This document shows, in pieces, positions 29,070 through 38,458 of a stretch of DNA of 64,000 nucleotides. The first letter of the stretch is position 1. Each line of letters starts with the position of its first letter. This DNA is from Chthonomonadales bacterium (GTDB lineage Bacteria > Armatimonadota > Chthonomonadetes > Chthonomonadales > CAJBBX01): NCBI GenBank assembly GCA_049967475.1, contig JBMFSQ010000005.1, forward strand, positions 55,172-119,171, given 5' to 3'. A program made the position numbers and the translations under genes. Below the pieces are notes generated by a model that saw only the letters and a program-made list of their open reading frames with translations, was not told the origin of the DNA and did no database searches.

Positions 29070-29759
29070 TCACTTCCAGTTCGCGGGGTTGGCCAGCCAA
29101 TCCTTCATCGTCGGCACGGACTCTAGCTTGACGACACTGCCGTGGGGCGGCACGAAGAAGAACGTGGGGGTTACGTGTACCTCTAGGCGGTTGGCCAGGT
29201 CTGCATCCTGCTCGTAGGCTTTGCGCACTGCGTCCCCGGTGATATCGCTCCGAAAGCGCAGCACGTCGAGTTTCGCATCGGCCGCCAGCTTCGTAAGGGC
29301 ATTCATCACTTCAGCAGGGTTGGTGGTTTCGAACAGGTTCTGGTTTTGGTAAAGTACGTCATGCATGGCCCAGAATTTGCCCTGAAGTGCCGCGGCCTCC
29401 GCCGCCATCGTTAGGGTGGGGCTGTTGATGTGGCTCCTATTGACGACCATCGGGTGGAATACAAGGCTCAGGCGTTTTCGGTTCTCCCGCAGGATCTTGT
29501 CTACGATCTTTTGCCCTGCGGCGCAGCTAGGGCATTGATAATCGCCGAATTCCACCAGCACGAAAGGCGCCTTAGGATCTCCCTTGCGGTGGCTCCATGG
29601 GGGAACCAAGACGTCCCGCGTGAGGGACACTTGCTTGGGCGCCGGCGCAGGGGGCGAGGGGCTTCGCCCGGAGAGGGATGGATACACCGCGATCCCGGCC
29701 AGCACCAGCGCCGCCAAAAGGATGCCTGCAAACAACTTCACTTCCCCAGATGATTTCAC
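29070..29759 (-). CDS. Membrane-anchored DsbA-family thiol-disulfide oxidoreductase
   Basis: EFGDYQCPSC, QGKFWAMHD, cis-Pro VTPTF; GTGA overlap with VKOR. Confidence 0.88.
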   Translation of the reverse strand: MKSSGEVKLFAGILLAALVLAGIAVYPSLSGRSPSPPAPAPKQVSLTRDVLVPPWSHRKGDPKAPFVLVEFGDYQCPSCAAGQKIVDKILRENRKRLSLVFHPMVVNRSHINSPTLTMAAEAAALQGKFWAMHDVLYQNQNLFETTNPAEVMNALTKLAADAKLDVLRFRSDITGDAVRKAYEQDADLANRLEVHVTPTFFFVPPHGSVVKLESVPTMKDWLANPANWK

Positions 29760-30229
29760 TGAGCCGCTCCTTGCGCAACCCGGCGGGTACCGAGGCGCTC
29801 TGCTGAAAGCATCACGAACATTGCCAGCACAATCACAGCGGAGGCCACGCACCACTGGCACCATGCCCGGATCACGTAGGCTTCCAGATAGGTGAGCCAT
29901 GCACTCACCAGTAAGCTTGCTGCGCTGAGGAGCCACTGCGCCATGGCAACGGCCCTATGGCGACCCGCGTCCTGAACCCCTGCTCTGATGACGCATAGTA
30001 GGCCCATTGCTGCGTACATCGCGAGGCCGAACGCAGCCGTTGGGATCGCCCTAAGCATCGGGATCCCAAAGCCCTTGGCTGTGTAGTGGGCTGCTACCTC
30101 CTCGCATCCCCGGACGGCTGAGCAGCCCAAATCTATGTAATTGAGATGCGCCAACGTGAGATAGCCCGATACCCCGATGCCTGCCAACGCAAGCACAAAA
30201 AGAATGCGATTGGTGAGCGCAGAGTTCAT
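29756..30229 (-). CDS. Vitamin K epoxide reductase (VKOR) family protein
   Basis: Loop Cys pair (GCSAVRGC), WCQWC redox motif, 4 TM. Confidence 0.9.
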   Translation of the reverse strand: MNSALTNRILFVLALAGIGVSGYLTLAHLNYIDLGCSAVRGCEEVAAHYTAKGFGIPMLRAIPTAAFGLAMYAAMGLLCVIRAGVQDAGRHRAVAMAQWLLSAASLLVSAWLTYLEAYVIRAWCQWCVASAVIVLAMFVMLSAERLGTRRVAQGAAQ

Positions 30230-31125
30230 GGTTTCCTGGATCTGGAAGATTGTCCGAGCTTCGCACCCCCTGGAACGGCTGGAGAGGGGACAGGGGGCTT
30301 GCCCTCGCCCTCGTCCGTGTCCTCTACCGGCATGCGGATGGTTCCCTTCCGCATGATGATGCGTTCGTCGCCCTCTGTGGTGTAGAGTGTGACGTCGCCG
30401 GCCGTGTCGCCATTCATGCCCTTCGTGTCTTCAATGTGGACGGGCCCATGCAACAGCACCCGCTCTTCCTTCCCCCACCACTCTGCGTGATCCGCAGTAA
30501 GGGTGCGCACCTTGTCGGGAAGCGCCTGCGTTACCTTGAAATGCCCGGTAAGCAGCGCGTACTTCACGTTTCGGTCGTAATGGTACTCCGCGCGGTCGCA
30601 GGTTACGACGGCAGGGTATTTACGCGGCGAGTCTTTATCTTCCTCATCCGGGGTTTGCGGCACTTCGGCCTTTCCGTTCCGGATAGACACCTGGGCAGGC
30701 GCGGGAGCCTCCTTTTGCTCCTTTCGCGGCTTGATGGTGATTTGCACCCGCCCGGTCAGCACCACCAGCCGCTTGGAACGAGCGTAAAACACCTGGGCTG
30801 TGTCTGCCGTGCCGTCCGCTTGAGGATCCTTGAGGCTGAGGTTGCCGGTCATCCGAGCCACGCGCTGCTTCGTGTTCCACCGCCCATCGTCGGCGTGGAT
30901 CACCGTTTGGTCATCTACGATTTCAATGTTCCGGGCAGAACCTTCGCCGGTGCTCTCGTTCTGGATGATGTTCTCGCCGGACACTTGCACGATCTCCGGC
31001 TTGTGCGTTGCCGCGTCCTTGGAGCCCTGCACTGCTTTGGATGGGGCCTGCGGCACAGCAGCGCACGCGCAAAAGACCGCCGCGACACCGGTCACAAAGA
31101 TTGCACCCGCGTTGCATCTGCTCAT
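30226..31125 (-). CDS. Exported LptA/OstA-like beta-jellyroll protein
   Basis: Signal peptide; repeated AD...xxLxGxVxI beta-strand patterns. Confidence 0.55.
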   Translation of the reverse strand: MSRCNAGAIFVTGVAAVFCACAAVPQAPSKAVQGSKDAATHKPEIVQVSGENIIQNESTGEGSARNIEIVDDQTVIHADDGRWNTKQRVARMTGNLSLKDPQADGTADTAQVFYARSKRLVVLTGRVQITIKPRKEQKEAPAPAQVSIRNGKAEVPQTPDEEDKDSPRKYPAVVTCDRAEYHYDRNVKYALLTGHFKVTQALPDKVRTLTADHAEWWGKEERVLLHGPVHIEDTKGMNGDTAGDVTLYTTEGDERIIMRKGTIRMPVEDTDEGEGKPPVPSPAVPGGAKLGQSSRSRKP

Positions 31126-31907
31126 GGCGATTGGTAGAGCGATTGTGCCCCGCCTTCTATACGGAAGAGGAGCCGTCCCTTGTTCGCCCGAAACGTGGGT
31201 GTAGGCTTCAACTGCAGGCGCACGCCCTGCGCGGAATAATCATAGCCTGGGCGGCTTCCCCAAACCTGGCCAGGCATCTCTACGAGACCCTTCGCTAGAT
31301 CCCAAAAGAGTGCCGAGGTCCGCACGGGATATCCACCCACGACGCCTTCGGCGCCCTGGGGACATTCCACGCGGCGCGCCCGAGGCGAGAAGAAGAGAAC
31401 GGGCGCCTTGATGCGATCTGCGCCGAATTGGGCTTCTGCGCCGGATGGAAATTGCACCGTGTCGTCCGCCTGAAACCATACCAGGCTTGAAGCCCGGATG
31501 TGATCGTGCGGGGGGATCTGCACCGATATATCGCCTCGGACGACCCATTGCTGCGCAAGGCGATCATAGGTAGCGGATCGGGCAGAGAAGGTCGCTTCCG
31601 GGCGGTTCCCTCGGTACACCGTGCCCTCGTGGAGCCCTGCAAACTCGGCGCGATCCACTTCCGTTACATCCCCTCCTGGGCGGCGTTGGAGGTCCACACG
31701 ATCGCAAACTACCGTCCACTGCAGCATCCCACCGGATCGCGCGGCCACGCGTGAGCGCCCCAGGCGAATTGCGATCGCGCCGAGACCGGCCTCGCGGTAG
31801 AAGCCGTTCTCTTCTGCACCAGGCTCGTATGCCTGCACGAAGCGCAAAAGCCGGACGAGCGCCGCAAGTGCAGCCAGAGCGATTAGGCTGGGAAGCAAAC
31901 GACGCAT
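31122..31907 (-). CDS. Membrane-anchored LptC-like hypothetical protein
   Basis: N-terminal TM, beta-jellyroll-like repeats (A.SL.W, TSALFWD); overlaps the LptA-like gene. Confidence 0.45.
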   Translation of the reverse strand: MRRLLPSLIALAALAALVRLLRFVQAYEPGAEENGFYREAGLGAIAIRLGRSRVAARSGGMLQWTVVCDRVDLQRRPGGDVTEVDRAEFAGLHEGTVYRGNRPEATFSARSATYDRLAQQWVVRGDISVQIPPHDHIRASSLVWFQADDTVQFPSGAEAQFGADRIKAPVLFFSPRARRVECPQGAEGVVGGYPVRTSALFWDLAKGLVEMPGQVWGSRPGYDYSAQGVRLQLKPTPTFRANKGRLLFRIEGGAQSLYQSP

Positions 31908-31994
31908 CAGGCCGCCGCACCTTCCCGAGAACCCGGCACTCGTGCCCTCGATGCGGATACGCCCGGCGGGTTCAGCCGCGCCGTGACCGCGATG

Positions 31995-32573
31995 TTATCG
32001 GGGGCAGCCAAAGGGCGGAGGAGGCGGCGTTGTGTTGGGAAACACCTGGATGCCGGGGCCGCCGATCCTGTGATCCCCCGGACCCAAGGTACCCAGCGCC
32101 GGGAGGCACGCACCCGTGCCGTCTTTGGTCTTGTTCGTGTAGCTGTAGACCCCGGCATGGCCGGCCCCGTCGTCATAACGGATGATGTTCTGGAAATAAC
32201 CCGATGCCGGAGGATCCACACGAAATAGAACTGCCGAGTTCGGCACACCGCTAAAGAGGAACGATCCATCGCTCACGGTTTGGGTGCGGATCACGTTGCC
32301 CTGGGCATCCTTCACAGGGTTGCCTGCACTGTCCAGAAGAGTAACGACGGCGCCGGACACGGGAGCCTGGGCCACGTCCGCAGTGATTACGTTGCCGCAC
32401 ACCACGACTACTTGGGATGTCGTTGGGCTGCCGCATACCTGAACCCCTGGGGGCAGGTTGCTGCCGCCGCCACCACCGCCACAGCCGAGCAGGATAACTG
32501 CGGCGCCTAAGGCGAGAATAGAGAGCGCGCCTCGTGTTCGCTCACTGCGGCTTCGAGCTGCCCATCGCGTCAT
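31995..32573 (-). CDS. Lipoprotein with carboxypeptidase-regulatory-like (Cna/prealbumin) domain
   Basis: Lipobox LLGC followed by G6; APVSGAVVTL...TVSDGSFLF; RBS GAGGAGG. Confidence 0.65.
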   Translation of the reverse strand: MTRWAARSRSERTRGALSILALGAAVILLGCGGGGGGSNLPPGVQVCGSPTTSQVVVVCGNVITADVAQAPVSGAVVTLLDSAGNPVKDAQGNVIRTQTVSDGSFLFSGVPNSAVLFRVDPPASGYFQNIIRYDDGAGHAGVYSYTNKTKDGTGACLPALGTLGPGDHRIGGPGIQVFPNTTPPPPPFGCPR

Positions 32574-32684
32574 GGATCGTCCTCCTCGTTTCGTGTGCCC
32601 AGCAGGTGAAGGAAGCGGTGCCCCGCCTTTATCTTCGCCTGCCATTATACAGTGCAATGCAGTCAAACGCAAGCGCCGGCGGCA

Positions 32685-33368
32685 TCATTCCAAAGGCGCT
32701 TCCCACGTACGCCCGTTGGGATGCCCGCCATTCCAATTGTAGATGCTCCCACCCATGCGACCGTACAGCGAGTTGTGACCATTCGGCAGATAATGGCGGA
32801 TTTTGATGCTTACGGCGTGGCCATCCGCAGCAGCCACGTTCATCCGCCCTTCGTGGGGGGACGGGTACACACAGGCTCCGCGAGACGTGTCTGTATAAGC
32901 AGGTTCCCGCAACCCCGGCTGCCGGCTGCAAGAGCCGGTTTCGACAATCAGCGCCGTCTGCGCCGGGATCTCCAAGTTGTCCAAAGGAAATGGTCCCGGT
33001 GAGAATACTCCGTAGAAGCGGTTGTTCAACGCATAGCTGTATGGGTAGGGCGCCAAGCTCATTGCGCTCCTGGCGCCTCCGGCCGGGTTGGCCGGACAGG
33101 TGCCCAGCGATAGAGCAGCATCTGCATAGGGTGCCAACGCGTAAATCCAGTTGGTCCATATCCCTTGGGCACGCCACTCCGGCTGGGGAAGGCAGCTATC
33201 ATAGTCCTGGGAATAGAGCAGCAGGGCCGTAGCAAGCTTCCGCTCGTTGGATTGGCAGGCCGTTCGCCTCTCATTCACCATCTGCCAGCGCGCCAGAGAC
33301 CCCGCCGCCATCATGCACGCCGCCAGCACCAATGCAGCGCCGACCACCCCCATACGCCGAAGTTGCAC
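32685..33368 (-). CDS. DUF1559-like H-X9-DG protein lacking the prepilin cleavage motif
   Basis: ACQSNERKLATALLLYSQDYD, YSYALN, HEGRMNVAAADGH. Confidence 0.72.
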   Translation of the reverse strand: MQLRRMGVVGAALVLAACMMAAGSLARWQMVNERRTACQSNERKLATALLLYSQDYDSCLPQPEWRAQGIWTNWIYALAPYADAALSLGTCPANPAGGARSAMSLAPYPYSYALNNRFYGVFSPGPFPLDNLEIPAQTALIVETGSCSRQPGLREPAYTDTSRGACVYPSPHEGRMNVAAADGHAVSIKIRHYLPNGHNSLYGRMGGSIYNWNGGHPNGRTWEAPLE

Positions 33369-33369
33369 G

Positions 33370-33615
33370 TTATTTGCCGCGCCCGCGACTTGTGGCAGGC
33401 TTCGGTGTTGTGGGATGCGACCGGCCGGTTCCGCGGCGTCTCTTCGCCGACGATGCGCGGGCGTTCGAACGATGAGACCGCGGTGCAGCCATCATGTGAT
33501 TTCCATACCAACGCATCAGCACCATTCGGCCACGGGAACTGCGCCCCCAAGCGATGAACACGGAAAACAAAAAGATCACGAGGATCGCCAGGGACTGCTC
33601 CAATGTCAATTCCAT
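33370..33615 (-). CDS. Small single-TM protein with basic tail (hypothetical)
   Basis: GGAGG before ATG 33615; one hydrophobic helix; stop is 1 nt from the next start. Confidence 0.45.
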   Translation of the reverse strand: MELTLEQSLAILVIFLFSVFIAWGRSSRGRMVLMRWYGNHMMAAPRSHRSNARASSAKRRRGTGRSHPTTPKPATSRGRGK

Positions 33616-33681
33616 TCGCCTCCGGCTGCTTGTGAAGTCCACTTCGCTTCAGACGCGCCTAATTCCTCCCCATTCTCGCAT

Positions 33682-33710
33682 GGAACATGGACACTATCGC
33701 ATGACGTAAA
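33682..33710 (+). promoter_or_regulatory. Possible ECF-sigma promoter for degP
   Basis: GGAAC-N18-CGTAAA upstream of an HtrA gene. Confidence 0.3.
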
Positions 33711-33777
33711 AAGCTCGGGAAACGAAATAACCGGGACATAGTCCCGACACGATACTTCAGGGAGGTGTTCGAAATCC

Positions 33778-35298
33778 ATGGGTACCCGGTTCTGGTCCAG
33801 GCGCGGCCGTACTCGCGCCATCGTAGTGGGTGTTGTAGCCGCGGCTGCTGTGTGCGCATTTGTAGTTGTGCGCGCCGTGTCGGCATCTGAGCCGCAGCAC
33901 AAACCGAAAGTTGTGGTTCCGTCCAGCGCGGAGGTGTCGGCGAGGACTGCGCCCTTGGCGAACTTGGAGACTGCCTTCGAGGCTATTGCTGAAAAGCTCC
34001 GGCCCTCCGTTGTGTCCATCCGAGTAAGCAAAACAATCAGTGCTCCCGGGTCACCGATGCCCGACTTCGGGAACCTTTTCCGAGATTTCCCGGGCTTCCA
34101 GGGCCCAATGCCCCAAATACCCATGATGCCCCGGCAATTCAGCGTCCGCGGCACCGGATCGGGCTTCGTAGTCCGTGAAGACGGGTGGATCCTTACGAAC
34201 GAACACGTTGTGGGCGGCGCGGACCGCGTGATTGTGAAGCTGAGCGACGGGCGGGAACTCCCGGGAACCGTGCGGGGAGATTTCCGAAGCGATCTGGCTC
34301 TGGTTAAGGTGAATGCCAGCAACCTCGTGCCCGTTGAGTTGGGCGACTCGAGCCAAGTGCATGTGGGGCAGTGGGCCATCGCCTTCGGATCACCGTTCGA
34401 CCTTCCAGACACGATGACCCTCGGGATCATCAGCGCACGCTCCCGCCAAGAGGTGGTAGGCGGCCCCGACGATCCTGCCAGAGCCTATCCGAACTTGCTC
34501 CAGACGGATGCCGCTATCAACCCGGGTAATTCCGGCGGACCTCTGGTGGATATTCATGGCCGGGTCATCGGCGTGAACGTGGCCATCGAATCGCCCAGCG
34601 GCGGAAATGTGGGCATTGGCTTCGCCATTCCTATCAACACCGCCAAAGATGTGATGAACCAGCTCATCACCCGGGGCAAGGTGATCCGCGGCTTCCTGGG
34701 CGTGGTACCCAGAGCCCTTACCTATAATGAGCGCTCCCGAAACCACATCTCCCAAGGCGCCATGATCGAGTCCGTGTCCGACGGCACTCCTGCGGCGCAG
34801 GCGGGCTTCCAACCTGGTGACATTGTGGTGCGGTTCAACGGACGACCGGTCTTGGATGATATTGCATTCCGCGACATGGTCGCTCATGTTGCGCCCGGCA
34901 CCCGCGTAAACGTAGTGGTTCTCCGCAACGGCCGTGAGGTGACCCTTACGCCTACACTCGGCACGGCTCCAGAAGGTCCGGGATCGCCTGCCACGCCCGA
35001 ACAGACAGCCACGCGCAAGCTGGGTCTCGCGGTTCAGCCCATCACTCCTGATGTAGCCCGCCGGTACAATCTGGATGGTCAGCGCTCGGGAGTGCTCGTG
35101 GTTCAGGTTCAATCGGGCAGCCCGGCAGAGGATGCCGGCGTTCAGCCCGGCGACGTGATCTTGAGTGCCAACGGGCGGCCTGTGCGCTCCGCCAACGACA
35201 TCGCTGCCGCGGTGGAGGGTCTCAAGAGCGGGGACACGCTCAGTCTCGTGATCTATCGAGACAAGGCTCGCACGCTGGTGAGCATCACCATGCCGTAG
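33778..35298 (+). CDS. degP: HtrA/DegP (Do) serine protease with two PDZ domains
   Basis: GSGF, TNEHVV, DLAL, QTDAAINPGNSGGPL. Confidence 0.93.
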   Translation: MGTRFWSRRGRTRAIVVGVVAAAAVCAFVVVRAVSASEPQHKPKVVVPSSAEVSARTAPLANLETAFEAIAEKLRPSVVSIRVSKTISAPGSPMPDFGNLFRDFPGFQGPMPQIPMMPRQFSVRGTGSGFVVREDGWILTNEHVVGGADRVIVKLSDGRELPGTVRGDFRSDLALVKVNASNLVPVELGDSSQVHVGQWAIAFGSPFDLPDTMTLGIISARSRQEVVGGPDDPARAYPNLLQTDAAINPGNSGGPLVDIHGRVIGVNVAIESPSGGNVGIGFAIPINTAKDVMNQLITRGKVIRGFLGVVPRALTYNERSRNHISQGAMIESVSDGTPAAQAGFQPGDIVVRFNGRPVLDDIAFRDMVAHVAPGTRVNVVVLRNGREVTLTPTLGTAPEGPGSPATPEQTATRKLGLAVQPITPDVARRYNLDGQRSGVLVVQVQSGSPAEDAGVQPGDVILSANGRPVRSANDIAAAVEGLKSGDTLSLVIYRDKARTLVSITMP

Positions 35299-35326
35299 GC
35301 GTCACGAAGCGGCAAGGAAGCATAGA

Positions 35327-35354
35327 AGAGGGCCCGGGGAACCCCGGGCCCTCT
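35327..35354. terminator. Perfect hairpin between convergent genes
   Basis: AGAGGGCCCGGG-GAAC-CCCGGGCCCTCT. Confidence 0.75.
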
Positions 35355-35380
35355 ATTCGTTGCCTGAACCTGCAAAAACG

Positions 35381-35593
35381 CTAGCGGTACCCGGCGCACC
35401 GAGGGCACACCGGGCCCTGTTCGATCACCATCTCCACTTCTACATCCTGGTCATCGGCGATGATATCCTCATCCTCCCCCGCATCGGCTGAGGCCGCGGT
35501 GCGCTCAACCGCCGCGCCGGGAATGGGTTTGCGCGCTATCGGTTGCCCACACTCAGGACATACCAAGATCTTCTCCACGCGTACTTTAGGCAT
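35381..35593 (-). CDS. Small CPxC...CPxC (Zn/Fe-binding) protein
   Basis: MPKVRVEKILVCPECG...acidic linker...VCPRCAGYR; RBS AAGGAG. Confidence 0.65.
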   Translation of the reverse strand: MPKVRVEKILVCPECGQPIARKPIPGAAVERTAASADAGEDEDIIADDQDVEVEMVIEQGPVCPRCAGYR

Positions 35594-35651
35594 CCAAAAT
35601 ACTCCTTTAGCCGCCGGCAGCGGAGCCAGGACCGGCAGTGTCTGCATGGGG

Positions 35652-36128
35652 TCATTTACGGCGGGCGCTTGCAGGCGCACGCCCAGGCTTCCCGTTGAGG
35701 GAAGCAGCCCGAGCCAGCGCCGTTTTCATCTCCTTTACGAACGCCTCCGCGGGCATAGACCCCTCGATCTGGTGGAGCCTTTGCCCGCGCCCATCAAAAA
35801 AGATCACCGTGGGCAACCCCTCCACCCCGTAACGACGCGCCAACTTCATGTTCTTGTCCGTGTCTATCTTCACGGCAATCATTCTGGAAGCAAAATCCAC
35901 GACCTTGTCGCTGGTGAATACTTCCCGGTCCAGCTCTTTGCATCCCCCTCACCAGGGCGCAAAGAACTCGGCCATGACAACCTTGCGCTGTTTCGTCGCC
36001 GACGCAAAAGCCTGCGCCAGATCCTGCTGCCATGGGATGCGCTTGGGAGCCCCAAAGGCCCGGAATCCAGGCGCAGCCATAGCGATGGCGCAAACGAGCC
36101 AGCCGAACGACCTTCGACTACGTAACAC
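35652..36128 (-). CDS. Exported thioredoxin-family protein with in-frame UGA (W-U-G-G-C), probable selenoprotein
   Basis: Track ORFs 35949-36182 and 35652-35900 are in the same frame, joined by TGA (35951-35949): EFFAPW*GGCKELDREVF...YGVEGLPTVIF. RBS GGAGG before GTG 36128. Confidence 0.82.
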
Positions 36129-36238
36129 GGCCCGCTTCCTCCTTCCGGTTCCAATGATCCATAATGGCGACACCGGGCACACGAGGGCCGACGCTCCCCT
36201 CCGCGCCCGGTTTCCTTAGATTACCCCAACCACCCTTC

Positions 36239-38440
36239 CTAAACGCCGAACAGGTCCAGGTCGCCCTGGGCCGGGGTACTTCCCGAGCCTTTGGCTGGGC
36301 GCGGTACCAATCGGTCAAAGTCCGGGCCTATGGCCTCCCGCAGCCGACACGCGAACCGGTACAGCTTCTCCACATACTGCGCCGTGTTCTCGTCCCTTCC
36401 GTTCATCTCGTAATCCTCGAGCCGCCCCAAAGACCCGTCCCGCCGCTCGTACACCGTTACGAATTCGCCTACGGCAACTCCGGCGGCAGCCGCAGCCAAA
36501 CGCCGGTTAGACGGGCTGCTGAGGGTCTTTTCGGTGATGCGCTCCCTCCGAGCCAGCTTCTGCACGGGAATGCGATGGGTGCGGATGGCTTGAGCCGTGT
36601 CCTGATACAGGCCGGCAATTTGCTCGGCTCGCCCCTCCAGCAAAAGCCGGATGGCCTGGGCCAGGAACTCTTTGCCGAACTCCTCATCGGCCCGGCTCCG
36701 CAGCGCCGACCCTTTGAAGATGAGGCCGCCCTCATACGTCTCTAGAACGTAATTCTTCGTCTTCAGCGACACCATGGCTTTGTAGCGCCCATCAAAGGCC
36801 AGCCGAATTCCTTCCGGCAAAGCCGCTCCAATGCTTTCTATATAAGCGCGCTCGGCCTCCTCGCCGTCCACGGATGGCGGCGGCGAAAAGTAGACGCCGT
36901 CGGTGTCAATCTCGATGACGGCCGCACCGCTGGCCTCGAGGCGGTCGGCTATTTGCTTCACGATGCGCCGCCCTTCCTCTGTAACCCGGGCGGCAGCGTC
37001 ATAATCGTTGAAATGGAAGCCGGGTGCGCCGAGGTATCCGTAGAAGGAGTTGATCAGCACTTTAAAGGAACTCTGAAGCCCATCCCAATAGGCACGGTCC
37101 GATCCCTTGGAAGACGCCATCCTTTGCTTTGCCTGAAGCCTCCGTGCCGTAAGGGCGGAGAGTGCAGGGAGGAACACATTGAGGACGTCCGAGGAAGGTG
37201 CGATGCCCTGGGACAGCATGATGCTCGGATAGAGGCTCTCAACGTCTGCCTTGACTACCCGCCTGATCACTCCGGTGCGCCGAACCTCCGTGTAGCCTCC
37301 GGGAAACGGGCGCGGCTCCTGGGGCGCCGGGATGGCGTGGCGCTTCGCGAGGTAGGCGCGCAGGAAGATCGCATTGATGCGTTCCCCTGTGCCGCTTACA
37401 GCGGAACTGCTGTACGTGTCCGGAGCCATCTGCACCATGTAGAACTCCGTAGGCGTCACGAGCTCGGCCAAACGCTTCGTCTCCACCACGTCTTGGAGAG
37501 CGTACTCCCGGATGCGTGCCGGATCCTCACGAAAGAGGCGGGCCATCTGGTCCCGCGGAACTTCGATCCGGTCCGCGTGGGCAATACCCAAAGCCCGGGC
37601 TACTTCTTTGAGGCCGTAGCTACTGAGTGCCCCTCGCGCCCAATCATATCGCTGGACGCACAGGTATGTGTCCAACACATGGCGGCCAGGGACTGCTATC
37701 GGCACGAAAGGCCGGTTCATGGCGCCGATAGCGCAATTGCGCAGGCGTTCCCGATGGGGTTCTGCGCCATTCCTCCCGATGGTCAAGGGAACCCCCAACT
37801 GTCTGGCGCGCTCCATCAGGTAGGGCAGGTCAAAACCATAAATGTTGTGGCCTTCGAGCACGTCCGGATCGCGGCGGCGCACGAGGTCCGAGAATGCTCG
37901 CAGCATGTCCGCCTCTTCACCGCTCAGGACCTCCTGCAACCCCCGATTGTCCGTCACCGCGATGAGGAGAATGCGGCCTTCCTGGGCCCGAGGATCCAGG
38001 GTCTGCGTTTCGATATCTACCTGCATCCGCACGATGTCGTCAAAACGCATTCCTTTGAAGAGGGTCTTCCCGGTGATTATGAGGGCGAGGCGGGCAGGGG
38101 TATTGGCAGTGAGGTGTTCTACGTGGTTATCGCGCAGATGCGCCAAGGCGGATCGGTATTCTTCCAGCGAGGCAAATTCATAAAGATACCGAAAGCCTTC
38201 ACCCTCCAGCTCTTGGGGTTCCACACCCAGAAGGGGATTGTGCGCCCGCGTAATCAGCCAAGGCCGGAACGGTTCCTCCGTTTGCTCTACCCGGCCGTCT
38301 TCCAAACGCCGCCACACAACCATTGCGGCGTCGCCCGGTTCTACGGCAACGATGCGCGGCGTAGGGTCAGCTCCGAAAAGAACGGGATCGTAACCGTCGG
38401 AACCTGGTGGTTGCTCCATCTCGAATAGCTGTCCAGTCAT
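36239..38440 (-). CDS. Family B DNA polymerase with 3'-5' exonuclease domain
   Basis: DIET (ExoI), GHNIYGFD (ExoII), YALQD (ExoIII), DVESLYPS, KVLINSFYG, IDTDG. Confidence 0.93.
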   Translation of the reverse strand: MTGQLFEMEQPPGSDGYDPVLFGADPTPRIVAVEPGDAAMVVWRRLEDGRVEQTEEPFRPWLITRAHNPLLGVEPQELEGEGFRYLYEFASLEEYRSALAHLRDNHVEHLTANTPARLALIITGKTLFKGMRFDDIVRMQVDIETQTLDPRAQEGRILLIAVTDNRGLQEVLSGEEADMLRAFSDLVRRRDPDVLEGHNIYGFDLPYLMERARQLGVPLTIGRNGAEPHRERLRNCAIGAMNRPFVPIAVPGRHVLDTYLCVQRYDWARGALSSYGLKEVARALGIAHADRIEVPRDQMARLFREDPARIREYALQDVVETKRLAELVTPTEFYMVQMAPDTYSSSAVSGTGERINAIFLRAYLAKRHAIPAPQEPRPFPGGYTEVRRTGVIRRVVKADVESLYPSIMLSQGIAPSSDVLNVFLPALSALTARRLQAKQRMASSKGSDRAYWDGLQSSFKVLINSFYGYLGAPGFHFNDYDAAARVTEEGRRIVKQIADRLEASGAAVIEIDTDGVYFSPPPSVDGEEAERAYIESIGAALPEGIRLAFDGRYKAMVSLKTKNYVLETYEGGLIFKGSALRSRADEEFGKEFLAQAIRLLLEGRAEQIAGLYQDTAQAIRTHRIPVQKLARRERITEKTLSSPSNRRLAAAAAGVAVGEFVTVYERRDGSLGRLEDYEMNGRDENTAQYVEKLYRFACRLREAIGPDFDRLVPRPAKGSGSTPAQGDLDLFGV

Positions 38441-38458
38441 GCGGACGTCCTTCCAGGC

